From assembly GCA_951406725.2 (NCBI GenBank), contig OX597823.1, positions 34,720,001-34,784,000 on the forward strand: 64,000 bases of DNA, given 5' to 3'. The position numbers and the translations under genes were made by a program. Source of the DNA: Octopus vulgaris. Taxonomy: Eukaryota. Within the stretch, counting starts at the first letter, position 1, and every line of letters starts with the position of its first letter. The notes under the pieces were generated by a model, which did not search any database, had not been told where the DNA came from, and saw only the letters and a program-made list of their open reading frames with translations. This document shows, one piece after another, positions 38,101-50,806 of the stretch.

Positions 38101-38821
38101 GTTGCTCAGTGCATCCCATGTCAGATCTCAAAGTGATGGCAGAGCAACATGAGATGACGCGGTTTATCCCAGAACAAAATACACTGACCAGTCTTGAAAT
38201 CAAAAGCACAACGTTGTGATCATCAGTGCAAACTCCTGACCACAAGGGCAACATGCCTTCACACACACACACATGCACACGCACACACACACACACATAA
38301 CTGGCTCATGCCAGTATAGAAAAAGGAGACATTAAATGATGATGAGGAGGATATATTAATATGAGTGAGTTCCTTCGTCTTCACAAATTTATAAACATTG
38401 GCCCCTTTACTGATGGTGTAGGACAGAATCATTTGCTAAATGTGCAAGTATGTCTGGGCTTTTTGACATGTCTTAACATGTGAAATCTTTCTAAATAAAA
38501 GCTCATTCATAAAGTGAAGCACACCATGTATATATTGATCTATATATCATCATCATCATCATTTAACATCCATTGTCCATACTGGCATGGGTCGGATGGT
38601 TTGACCAGGGCTGGCAAGCTGAGGTGTTGCACAGACTCCAGTCTGATTTGGTATGGTTTCTATGGCTGGATGTCCTTCCTAACAACCAACCACTATGAGA
38701 GTATAACGGGTGCTTTTACATATATATATATATATATATAATAAAATATTAGGGAATAAATCCACACTTACAGGGAAAAATCAGATTTAGGATTAAATCC
38801 AATTTTATAATATAAATATAT

Positions 38822-39730
38822 TATATTATATTATATTAAATTAGAGATAAAACCACTATTAGGCAAATCAAACAATGAAAAACATAAGCCAATACATGAA
38901 ATTAATTAATTTATATTATTTTAAATATATATCAAATGTATTAAAAGTTTAATAAAAGATAAAGAGTAAAACACTATGATCATTTCATGGCTGTACAATT
39001 CATAATAATTCGAGTTATGGTTACAGTCAATCTTCAGGTTAATTAAAATATCTAAAATATAATCAGAAATATTTAAACAATAGGTGCAGGAGTGGCTGTG
39101 TGGTAAGTAGCTTGTTTACCAACCACATGGTTCCGGGTTTAATCCCACTGCATGGCACCTTGGGTAAGTGTCTTCTACTATAGCCTCGGGCCAACCAAAG
39201 CCTTGTGAGTGGATTTGGTAGACGGAAACTGAAAGAAGCCCATCGTATATATGTATATATATATGCGTGTGCGTGTTTGTGTGTTTGTGTTTGTCCCCCT
39301 AACATTGCTTGACAACCGATGCTGGTGTGTTTATGTCCCCGTTACTTAGCGGTTCGGCAAAAGAGACCGATAGAATAAGTACTGGGCTTACACAAAAAGA
39401 ATAAGTCCCGGGGTCGAGTTGCTCGATTAAAGGCGGTGCTCCAGCATGGCTGCAGTCAAATGACTGAAACAAGTAAAAGAGTAAAAGAGTAAAAGAGTAA
39501 TATTTTTAAGATATAAATAATATAATAATTTTACTTATAATAAACTCCATTATCAAACTAGAATTGTACAGCCATGAAATGATCGTAGTGTTTTACTCTT
39601 TATCTTTTATTAAACTTTTAATACATTTGATATATATCTAAAATAATATAAATTAATTAATTTTATGTATTGGCTTATGTTTTTCATTGTTTGATTTGCC
39701 TAATAGTGGTTTTATCTCTAATTTAATATA

Positions 39731-39740
<10 letters not shown>
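38822..39740. repeat. ~180-bp near-perfect inverted repeats (Penelope-type inverted pLTR) around a family A SINE (39082-39498)
   Basis: Arms at ~38822-39001 and ~39561-39740, a decayed hammerhead (CTGAAGA...GAAA, minus 38978-39037), and flanking (TA)n. Confidence 0.8.
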
Positions 39741-39779
<39 letters not shown>

Positions 39780-40213
39780 TATTATATATTATATGTATAT
39801 ATGTATATTATATATATATAATATATATTATATATATATTTATGTATATAAATGATGGACTATATATACTCACACACACACGCACAGACACACACAGACA
39901 CACGAGTGAGTAAACGGTCATCATAATCAACTGTTATTAAGGATAGATATATATTTCATATACATACATATATATACATGTACATACATAAATATACACA
40001 CAGATTTGTCCATGTAAGTGAAATTGAGGTCCTAAAGGCATGCCATTTACGCCTGTACCTTTTCACACATTCTGTCCCCTGCAAATCTCTCCCCAACAAC
40101 TCGTCTTACCAACACCTCCACCACCACCACCACCTGCATTCACGATTCACTACATTCCCCTCTCCTCCCTTCCATCTCCCACTCACTCTGTTCATTCCTC
40201 TCTACTACTTCAC

Positions 40214-40438
40214 TTTTTTTTTGCCAACAGGGGGCTAAACATAGAGGGTACAAACAAGGACAGACAAAGGGATTAAGTTGATTACATAGACCCCAGTGCA
40301 TAACTGGTTCTTATTTAATTGACACTGAAAGGATGAAAGGTAAAGTTGACCTTGGCGGAAATTGAACTCAGAATGTAATGGTAGACGAAATACCACTGAG
40401 AATTTCGCGTGCTAATCTTTCTGCCAGCTTGCCGCTTT
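40214..40438 (-). mobile_element. tRNA-derived SINE (family B) whose 3' tail matches the Tx1-like tail
   Basis: Head GGCAAGCTGGCAGAA...TTCTGAGTTCAATTTCCGCC. Tail CTTGTTTGTACCCTCTATGTTTAGCCCCCTGTTGGCAAAAAAAAAG. Other family B copies at ~5415-5540, ~29180-29380, ~32690-32870, ~33355-33540, ~51055-51270, ~53280-53490 and ~60305-60400. Confidence 0.8.
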
Positions 40439-40831
40439 GACTTCACTTATATACTCCTCCTTCTAGCTTGAGGAGATGCCTGCAGACATCTTCTTCATCA
40501 TCATCTCTCTCTCCCTCCCTCCCTCTCTCTCTCTTTTAATTAGTGCATCCTTTACTGCAAGGTACCCATTTCTGTTCCTCTGTTCATACTTTGACTTCTC
40601 ATCACCAGGAACAAAGCCACACCCCTTCAATACAACTCACCTTCTCAGTTGGGTCTTGCAAGTTACTTGGTGACCTGTAAAGTGGTTGGCATTAGGAAGG
40701 ACATCCAACCATTTGCTCCGAATTTTAGTTTGGTTGACAAATTTACTGTAATATTTCATATTTTATAATCACATAAGATCTATAATCTTGATTCAGACTT
40801 TCCATTATTTTAATTATAATCTATTATTTCT

Positions 40832-41152
40832 AAAAACAAACTTTAAGTTTATTCAAATATGTTTGTGAGATATTTTAACTTCGAAAGGCAAATTCACTGC
40901 AGATTACCATAGAGAGAAAAATTCTCACTTTATGCTAATAGGTGTAAAAACTATTCCCTATTGAAGACAGCATAAAATTTCAGAAATGCCTCTAGGGGTC
41001 CACTAGAGGGAGCCACTGGACTGACAACTGTTTTTGTTTTTTTTTACATTTATTACCATAAAGGGAGAATTTTTCTCCGTAATCTGCAGTCAATATCCCT
41101 TTAGAAGTTAAAAAATGACACAAACATATAGAAACTAACTTAAAGTTTGTTT
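40832..41152. repeat. Degenerate fold-back (~110-bp arms) with a decayed hammerhead at 40956-40998
   Basis: AAACAAACTTTAAGTT...ACTGCAGATTAC is mirrored by GTAATCTGCAGT...AACTTAAAGTTTGTTT. The loop holds CCCTA-TTGAAGA...GAAATGCCTC-TAGGG. Confidence 0.6.
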
Positions 41153-41212
41153 ATTTTCCCACCACTGCTTTGAGCTACAATTGATGTATAATTATTTCTG
41201 TGGTACACTTAC

Positions 41213-41309
41213 CTATATGTCGTAACATGTTTAGCTACCTGTTGCAGTACATTAGTGTTACAGGGGTACATTTTGGGTACAGTTGTTCTATACTAATACA
41301 AAGTGACAC
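41213..41309 (-). other. Candidate upstream exon of the desaturase (97 nt; possible first coding exon)
   Basis: Acceptor TTTACAG| and donor ATAG|GTAAGT in unique sequence. AAAC-ATG at 41228 splices in frame (phase 1) to give MLRHID-TMVLEED. Confidence 0.65.
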
Positions 41310-42695
41310 CTGTAAAGTAATGTAAACTTAAGAGATACAATTGTGGAGAGGTTATTTGTTATTCTAATTTCATCATTATCATCATCATGACTGTCATTAT
41401 AGCCATTGTTATGTTTAACCAACCCCTGCCTGGTTATCCCCATCAAGTATTTACTGAAATATATTGACTAACATTGCAGGAGTCTTGCTCACTGTTTATT
41501 CCTTAAGTAGCAGTCAAGTATTGTGTGTCAATTTAGTAATCTTATAAATCACCGTCAATGTGAATGGAAGTTAATTGAAGACGAAAACTACTTCACAGCT
41601 TCCATATGTCTCGATGCATCTTCGCATGTCTACATGAGACTCAGCTGTGGGAGACAGACAGACAGAAAAAATAAGCACAAGAGATAGCGTTAAAGCTGGT
41701 TCTAAGGTAAATATGGTTGAGACAATGATAGAAGGATGGTGGGGGGAGGGGGATAACAGTGACAACATCAATATGTAGTGCATGGGTTGATGCAGATTGT
41801 GAAGTGTGTAGTGTTTGTATGTAAAGTAAACAGAAGACAGACAAACCAACTGACTGTGCAGTATTATCTAAAGACCAAGCTAATCGATAAAATGTGTAAA
41901 GGCTGAACTAATCAATAAACCTGAGTAAAGACCAAACTAATCGATAAACCAACTGAAAAACAAAATATTATGATTAAAAACACATCTTGTGAGCAGAGAC
42001 TGTCAAATTAATGGCAAGCTTGATTAGTTTTTAATTTTGATAGTGCAGAATTCAATATCTCTTCTACTGCCTTCTTTCTTTATCTCTCTAACCCTTACCA
42101 TTATCATCATCATCAGCAGCAGCAGCAGCAACGTCATCATCATCATCATCATCAAAACCACTACCACTACCATCATCATTGTCAACATCATCAACACCAT
42201 CATCATCATCAGTAGTATAACAATATCTTAATGTTTATTTTATGCGCTGACATGGATTGGACACATCTGCAGTCCTGTTTCATCTCTTCTGTGAAACTGG
42301 AGAGTTTTCTCAGATTTTAATTTACCATTTTTCTGAGTAAAATAAGGAATGGTTAAGCACTCCTTCCTTTCAACTACAAAACCAACCCATAATATAATCC
42401 TCATGTATTTCTTCTATTCATATTTGCAACAATATTGCCATTTCTCTAGCAAACCTATACTTTTCAGAATTCCACTTTAAGGGAACCACTTTAAGGCCTG
42501 TTTCCCAGTCCTCCCATTGCTGTTGTTCTGTCATTGTTGCTGCCAGAACTTATTCACTTGCTTGACCTCAACCACAACCCTCCATTTTCAACTCTTCCAA
42601 CTACAAACCTGCCTAACAGTTGACCCTCTTGATTCTGTCCGATGTGTGCAAGTATTTGTGAATGTGTGTGTGTGTGTGTGTATGTGTGTGTGCGC

Positions 42696-42779
<84 letters not shown>

Positions 42780-43128
42780 AGCTATGTTAACAGATGTAAT
42801 GATTACCAGATGCTTAAGAAGTTTACTTCATTATCATGAGGTGCCAGGCTCAATCTCACTTTGAGGCACCTTTGGAAACTGTGTTCTACTATAACCTTCA
42901 ATGGACACAAACCATGTGAGTGAAACTGGTTAAAGAGAAATTGTGTGGAAAGCTCATGGACGGATTGTACTTGTAATTCAAGGGATAAGCACCACTGTGG
43001 TGCTGATCTGTGAAATACACAGCTGTTTATACTTAATGAGTTTGAAGGTGTGGTGATTGACTCAGTGGGGCTTAATATAGAAATTCATTTACGAATGTTA
43101 TGCATGTGTGTGTAGTTTAGACATACAT

Positions 43129-43160
<32 letters not shown>

Positions 43161-44019
43161 GCACAACACACACACATGCAAGCACACATGCACATGCACA
43201 CACACACATGCACCAATACATGCAAGCACACTCACATGCACTCACACACGCACACATACACAAACAAACACACACATGCATGCACGCACACACTACAAAC
43301 ACAACACTATCACCACCACCTTACCCAAACCCCACCCCCCACCCTCTCCTTTGTATGACCAACATGCGAGGCACAATCCTTCTTATCTTCCATCCGAGAA
43401 CAATTTGACCCCCCCCCCATTGATCATCCTTGATTTTGTAGTTTCTGACCCCTTTTCTCTGCTTTTTACTTTCTCATATATTTAAGGCCCAGCAAGACAC
43501 TTTGTACATGTGCGTGTGTGTGTGGTTGTGTGCATGTGAGAGTGTATGTATGTGTGCATGTGTATGTGTTCGTGTGTATTTGTGTGCACATGAGAGCATA
43601 TATGTATGTGTGTGCATATTTGTACAAATGTGTACACGTGTGTATGTGCATGCATATGTGTGTGTGTGTGTGTATGTGTGTGTAAGAGAGAGAGGAAGGG
43701 AGAGAGAGAGAGAGAGGAGTGAACTAGAAATAGAAATTGCTAGAATGGTTTAATGTTTCAGAACAGAGCAACTGTTTATTTCCAGTACTGATGCTGGAAT
43801 TAGCTGATGAAGATAGGTTAAAATATATCTATGTGATAACTAATATAGAACATAATTTTTTACTTGTGTCAGTGACTGGAACGGGGCCATGCTGGGGTAA
43901 TGCCTTGAAGAGTTTAGTTGAACAAATCGACCCCAGGCTCCATTATGTATTTTTCTAAGAGTGGTACTTATTCTATCGGTCTCTTTTGCCAAACTGCTAA
44001 GTTATGGCGACATAACTCA

Positions 44020-44860
44020 AGCTGGCTGTGGACAAATGTACCACCATGCATTTTGAGAGGAAAAATCCAGGGTATACTTACTCGCTCCACAACACTAATC
44101 TCAAAAAGTCTTCTTGTGAACGTGACCTGGGCATTATTGTCAATAGCGATTTGTGTTGGACAAAACACATTGCTAAAATAGCCAAGAAGGCTAGGGTGTC
44201 TTGGCATCACTTACCAAGTCCTTTGTTAGCCGCTCTCCGGCTATCTATGTGAAGCTTTATACAGCTATGGTGCGGACTCACCTGAAATTTGCATCACCGG
44301 TCTGGAACCCCTATCTTGCCCAGGATATTAATCGTCTGGAAACTGTTCAGTGATGTGCAACCAAGAGATTACCCTCCATCAGGCATTTGCCATATTCTGA
44401 ACACCTTACTTCCCTGGGCATAGATACATTGAAACTCCGACGTCTGGCAGCTGACTTGGCAGACACCCATAAAATTATTAACCATCTTACAAACAATAAC
44501 TCTGAGCACCTTTTCAAACTCCATCTGTCTAAGACCTATGGACATGTTTACAAAGTCAGAAAACAGCACAGCTCCCATGACTTTCAGAAACATTTTTTTA
44601 TGCTAAGAGTTGCTGAAGCATGGAACAAACTGCCAGCATCAGTTGTTAGTTGTCGAAGCACTGCATCCTTCAAAACTTCCATGCTTCCAGAGATTCGCCA
44701 ACACTACACCTGATTTTCTCCCCTCCATACACACGCAAGCATGTATCTGACTCATACACTGTTCACTTCCCAAACATTTTACATTACTGCATATGCTTTA
44801 TATGCACTTTTGACAAGTTGTGGTGCACCTGAGTAGGGTATACAATAATTTCATTATTAT
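44020..44860 (+). mobile_element. CR1-clade LINE 3' fragment inserted in a family A SINE
   Basis: CERDLGIIVNSDL...SPVWNPYLAQDINRLETVQ...LKLRRLAADL...FFMLRVAEAWNKLPASVV. Short (ATT)n tail. The SINE body continues on both sides. Confidence 0.85.
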
Positions 44861-45469
44861 AAACAAGCTGACGCTGGCTGTCAAGTGGTAGTTATGGGGT
44901 GGGGGACAACCACACATGCATCCACATACACACATACCAATATATATATAAAGGGTGACCCCCTTCGGTCACGAATGACCATGGGATTGCATCTAGAAAT
45001 TTACCCTCCAAGGCAAGGTTGTTTATGGAAGACCAGCAGTCGCCCATGTGTACCAGCCTCCCCTTTCCCCTCCACTGATGTTATCCAAGGGAAAGGTAAA
45101 GGGGCCAATATAGCTTTACCTTTCCCTTGGTTGTAAAGGGAAAGGTTGTAACACATTTCCCTTTACAATGTGAGGTTGTAACACATTGTAAAGGTTGTAA
45201 CACATTGTAAAGGTTGTAACACATTACAACCTTTACAATGTTGTAACACATTGTAAAGGTGTTACAACATTGTAACACCTTATTGTAACACAAGTGAGGT
45301 TGTAACACATTTCTACAGCTGAATGAACTGGAGCAACATGAAATAAAGTGTCTTTCTCAAGAACACAACACACAGCCCGGTCCGGGAATCAAACTCACAA
45401 CCTCACAGTTGTAAGTTTGATGCTCTAACCACTGAGCCATGATATGCTCAAATTGACTAGATATATATA

Positions 45470-45508
<39 letters not shown>

Positions 45509-45784
45509 GACAGACTTCCACACAGTTTCCAGTCACTCACAAGGCATGATCAGCTCGGCTACAGTAGAAGACACTTACCCAAGATGCTGTAATGTAGGAC
45601 TGAACCTGAAAAAAATGTAGTTTCAAAGCTAACAGCCATGGTCGGGCCTATATCTATGTATGTATGCCTATCAATGTCTGTTAATTTCAGTATATCTGTG
45701 TGTAGGAATGCATAGAAAGGTGTAAATCTGTGTATTTAGTTTTTCTGCTTAAGTGTTTCTACACATGTATGAAGTGTGTGCAGG

Positions 45785-45825
<41 letters not shown>

Positions 45826-46287
45826 GCTACATGTGTCTCTCAGTATGTATGTGTACACATAAGGGTATTCTTTCTTTTATTCTTTTATATTTTGTTCATT
45901 AGACTGTGGCCATGCTATAGCACTACTTTAAAGTGCTTAGCGATGCAAAGAAATCAGCGCCGATTATCAAGCTGCAACAAAACAAACACCAAGATGCACA
46001 AACACTGAGCTTTACAATGGAGACGACAGGGGACCAAGAGATATGGTGCATTGCTGAACCCAAGAAAATCCACTCACCACAGCACAGTTGATGTTCTAAA
46101 ACCAAGGTGTCATGTAAAAGGCATCCAGTACATTCTGTAAAGTGGTTGGCATTAGGAAGAGCATCCAGCTGTAGGAACCAAGCCAAAACAGACTATGGAA
46201 CCTGGCATGGCCCCTGGCTTTGCTAGTTCCTGTCAAACCATCCAACCCATGCCAGCATGGAAAACAGACATTAAATAATGGTGATTA

Positions 46288-46325
<38 letters not shown>

Positions 46326-46326
<1 letters not shown>

Positions 46327-46600
46327 TAGCAGTATTGCCCGGCGTTGCGGTTCGTTTAGACCCTTTAGAATTGGAATTTTTGAAAAGTAAAAATTTGGCA
46401 GTATGTAGCTTGTTATTCTCTTTAAGTGAAATACACCGAAAAATGGCGACACAGCAGTCAAAACATCGTAAAAAATAAGGATTTTCATAGAAAAAAAGGC
46501 ATCTTTTTGCTTTTTGATGTAAATAATTTTTGGTGTTAACATGGTCCGATTTGAATTTTTTCTTCTACGGAAGGAAGAGTTAGCCTTCTTCTTTCATACT
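46326..46600 (-). mobile_element. Non-autonomous Helitron 3' end
   Basis: Minus strand reads CAACGCCGGGCAATACTGCTAG, the same terminal motif as 23885-23906. Confidence 0.6.
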
Positions 46601-46649
46601 CTCATATATATATATATGTATATATGTCTATATATATATATATATATAT

Positions 46650-48016
46650 ATCCTTGCTCCCGCCCACGTTGCCGCACTTGCCCTTACCTCTCCAACACCA
46701 CCCGCCTCACTAGCACCCACCATCGACCCTATCCCATCATCCACTCCTTCACCTGCACCTCCAGCAATATTATCTATTGCATCTCTTGCTCTCTCTGCAA
46801 TTCCTTGTATATCGGACAAACGGGACGCCGCTTGGCTGACCGGTTCGCGGAACACCTTCGTGACATCCACCTTGCGAACAACACACCGGTCTCACGCCAT
46901 TTCCGCTCCACCGGTCACTCCTTGCAACACCTATCTGTGTTCGGTTTGTCCTTACACAGAGGCCATCCGGATTCCCGTTTGCACCGTGAACAGGAATTAA
47001 TCTTCTCTCTTCGCTCTTATACGCCATTTGGTCTCAACTCTCCCCCCTCCTCATCTAACCCCCTCTCCCCCTCCTCACCTATCCTTTCTCCCCCGACCCC
47101 TACTTCTACAGTCCTTCATCCTTTCACCCCTACTCCCCTTCCCTTCTTCCCTCTTTCTCCCTCCCTCTTCCCCTTCCCTCTGCTCCCTCACTCCCTCTCT
47201 CCCTCTTTCCTCCTTCATTCCCCTCCTCCCCTTCCTTCTCCCCCATCCTCTCCTCTTCCCCCTTCTCCTCCCCCTCTTCTTCCCCTCGCCTTCTCCCCCC
47301 TCTTCTCCCCCTCCCCCTCTTCTCCTCACTACACCACATGACTTTACACATCACATCACATATGATGTGCCATACTAATACACACACCAACTAATACATA
47401 CTAATACGTACTAATACATACCAGTACATACTAATACTTACACCAACCCTATACATACACACGTCCAGACCCCGCATACGCACTTATACTCTCTCACACA
47501 CACACACACACACCTATACATACCAATACGTACTAATACATACTAATACATACTAATACATACACCAACCCCATACATACGCACGTCCAGACCAATCTTA
47601 CGCACTAATACTCTCTCATACACACACACACACACACACACACCCTTATACATACTAATACATACACCAACCCTATACATACACACATCCAGACCCCTCC
47701 CACGCACTTTTAGCTGGTCCCTCAACCCTTTTATCAACCCTATTATCTCCCCTTATTTCGCTCTCGCGTCTCATGTTTGATCTTTGACCTCTGGCCGAAA
47801 TCAGATCGCCATGTTGATTCGTTAGCTACTGCACGCATTTTTTTCTCTCCTTCTTTCTGTGTTTTTCTCTCTCTGTGTATCTTTCTGTTGAAGAGCGTAG
47901 GCTCGAAACGTTAAAGACTTGTTTTATTTATATTTCCTGAGCGCCATACTAATACAATTGTTCGTTTGTTTTCCACCTGCCTTCGTCTTTTGTTTATTTT
48001 CATAAAGCTTCCCGTT
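46650..48016 (+). mobile_element. 5'-truncated Penelope-like element (Neptune-type GIY-YIG endonuclease plus pLTR) in (TA)n
   Basis: PCSRPRCRTCPY...FTCTSSNIIYCISCSLCNSLYIGQTGRRLADRFAEH...VSRHF...HREQELIFSLRSYTPFGLN. The pLTR has a hammerhead-like motif at 47881-47916. A second pLTR copy lies at ~51510-51690 (minus). Confidence 0.9.
47881..47916 (+). ncRNA. Minimal hammerhead-like motif with non-canonical core (CUGUUGA plus an extra A)
   Basis: CTTT-CTGTTGA-A-GAGC-GTAG-GCTC-GAA-ACGT-T-AAAG. A decayed copy lies on minus at ~51592-51628. Confidence 0.55.
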
Positions 48017-48399
48017 ATATATATATATATATACATATATATATGATGATATATATATATATATTAATATGAAAAAAACCCTCCAGGCTACATCCCGGAA
48101 ATTCATTTCTTTGCCGTATTTCTACAATGTTTACGGTGATTCGTTTTTATATCTTGATTTTTTATTTTTCATGCAATTTACGCATGCTTGCACGCGTGGT
48201 GAACACAGTTCACGTCAATCAGCTGACTGTGTAAAGTTCATTATTCAATGCATGGGATTAGGCCTAAACAAACACATTATCAATTTTTGCCCTTGCGAGA
48301 TGAATTTCGGAACAGAAATGGCACAGTTCAATTTTCATTCGCCTAAACTTTAAGTGACCCATTTTTGGTGGTTCTACGATTTGTTGGCTAGGAGGAGAT

Positions 48400-49320
48400 C
48401 TTGTCTAATGCCAGGATTCATTTATATTGATGTAACCGATCGTTACTGCCTCCCTTTTTATATCTGTAGTGGCATAGAATGCTACAAATTTGCTCAACTG
48501 TGTGTGTCGTAAGGGTAGGGTGAAAACACATTTGAATTGTTCTTTCAGTGTTTCACTTATCCTCATTGGGTTTCCCATGAGGGACCCATCATTTTGGAGG
48601 AGTGGCCCTACTCTGTAATGCATGGAAGCAGTTTCTTTGGCAAACTTAAAGAAGATTTTGGAATTTGATTTTATATTTTCTATAACCCAGGCTTCTTGGT
48701 TTGCTCTTTTTTTCTTCATGGGAGTATTTCTGATGTGTTTCAATCTTCAGCAATGTTGTTTTCAGGCAAGATTTTTCACTGCCATGAAGTTCTCTTTTGA
48801 GGCAGTTTACAATCTTTGTATTCTGTCCCATTAGAACTTTCCTCTCCCTAAGAATTTTGTTCTTATGTACAACAGCTTTTCTCCCTAGGAAAAACTTGTA
48901 GTATGCAGCTTTTATGATGGACATGAATTCTCTAAGATTCCTGTCAATGTCAGGTGTGGAGAGTTATTGGAACTAATATTGTTTGATGATCTCTTTCTCA
49001 ATCAATTTCCAGTCTGCTTTATGGAAGTTCAGATTGGATAGATTCTGGGTGCTTCTCAAAGACTGCATGTCTATAGATTCATGTGGTCCATACATGTTTG
49101 GGTCTATTATATTGTGATCTGAGACTAGCATCGGTGTCACTTTCACATTATGGATGAGATCACTATCGTTTGTGAAGCAGAGATCAAGTATATTGTTTGT
49201 CCTGGTTGGTTAGAATATTATTTGCCCCATGTATAAATTTTTCATGAGGTTGAGCAGGGATTCCACCTGATTTTGTTTGCACCACATTGTTCTTGAGAGG
49301 GAAAGACCCTTGGCCCTTTG
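48400..49320 (-). mobile_element. LINE ORF2 fragment (APE endonuclease C-terminus and linker, CR1-like)
   Basis: PTRTNNILDLCFTND...VSDHNII, and IKSNSKIFFKFAK...VGPL...ISETLKEQFKCVFT. Confidence 0.75.
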
Positions 49321-49384
49321 GGCGTATAATTAATACATAAATGTATATGTACCCTCACACACACACACATTAATATATTCTTTT

Positions 49385-49772
49385 ATTCTTTAATTTGTTT
49401 CAGTCAGTTGACTGTGGCCATGCTGGAGCACCATCTTTAGTTGAACAAATCAACCCCAGGGCTTAATCTTTATAAGCCAAGTACTTATTCTATTGGTCTC
49501 TTTTTGCTGAACAGCTAAGTTACTGGGATGTAAACACACCAACATAGGTTGTCAAGCAATGGTGGTGGGGGGAACAAACACAGACACACAAACATACATA
49601 CACACACATATGTATGACGGGCTTCTTTCAGTTTCTGTCTACCAAATCCACTCACAAGGCTTTGGCTAGCCTGAGGCTATAGTAGAAGACACTTGCCCAA
49701 GGTGCCACGCAGTGGGACTGAACCTGGAACCATGTGGTTGATAAGCAAGCTACTTACCACACAGCCACACCT
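49385..49772 (-). mobile_element. Full-length family A tRNA-derived SINE
   Basis: Reverse complement of the 39082-39498 copy. Partial copies at ~7499-7610, ~34760-34925, ~42800-42950 and ~53760-53925. Confidence 0.85.
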
Positions 49773-49781
49773 GTGTATATA

Positions 49782-49814
<33 letters not shown>

Positions 49815-50010
49815 ACACTCCCAAAGTCACATTACTAACCTTAAACAAATCAATAACTTCAAATAGTGTCACCAGCTTCCTCTGTTGCTATAGTAATTAA
49901 ATTTCCCTCAACATCCTACTGTCTTTGAAGTGGAGAGCACATGTTTTAAAATCCTATATCTTAAGACTCCACAGGAAAAATAATATAATTCCTACAAAAA
50001 CACGGATTAA

Positions 50011-50806
50011 CCATTTCTGATAATATTTCAGCTGGAATCCACTGCTTTTGTTTCAATTACTTTTGAGAATAATGGAGAATTTAGTAAAATAACTTTGTTA
50101 TTTTTAAACTGGTGTTGAAATATAAATTAACATAAATTGACATAACTTGATGGAAGGATTTCATTTAGATCTGTTGCATGTGAGTCACTAATGTAAGTTG
50201 GAAGGAATGTCTCCTATATGTAATGTGTTCGAGTTGTAACATAATGTGTGTAGTTAGTTTTTTTTAAAAGACAGTTCATAGAAAGAATCCATTTCCAGTG
50301 ATTTCTTAAAGAGGCATGACTAAAGAATGTGCAGAAGGCAATTTTATAAAACAAAAACATTGAAATTTATTCAGTAGTGTAATGAGTGCTAGCAAGTGGT
50401 AACAAGGATAAATCATGCTTATGAATAGGAACCAAATATACGTGTATGCAAGACAGGAAAAATTGCATGACACTGAGGTTTATATGAAGCAGAGTGGAAG
50501 CTGATATTAATCAAATGAGCTGCATGTAGTTGGTGGTGGACACAGAAAATGTGACATGTTGAAGAAAGCAATGTTGCTTCTATGCCATCAAATCCAGCAC
50601 AGAATGCTCAAGCTCTTCCAAAAAGGCACACGATACTGTTGGGTGGAGTTACACCTCCAGCTGATTGGCTGGAGTCTGCCAAACTACAACTGAACTAAAC
50701 CACAGCAACAAAATAGATCTTTCCTGTCTCACTACAGATCTCTTCAATGTAGGAAGTTTGTGTCATAGAATTAGGGACATTCTCAGGAGGATTGGTATTG
50801 AAAGGG
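50011..50806. mobile_element. Possible piggyBac-like MITE (with internal insertion)
   Basis: TTAA-CCATTTC ... GAAAGGG-TTAA termini. Confidence 0.4.

Noticed and set aside
46541-47341. 266-aa ORF as a host GIY-YIG or proline-rich gene
   Set aside because: The N-terminus comes from Helitron and (TA)n sequence and the C-terminus from a CT-rich tract. The core is a truncated Penelope endonuclease.
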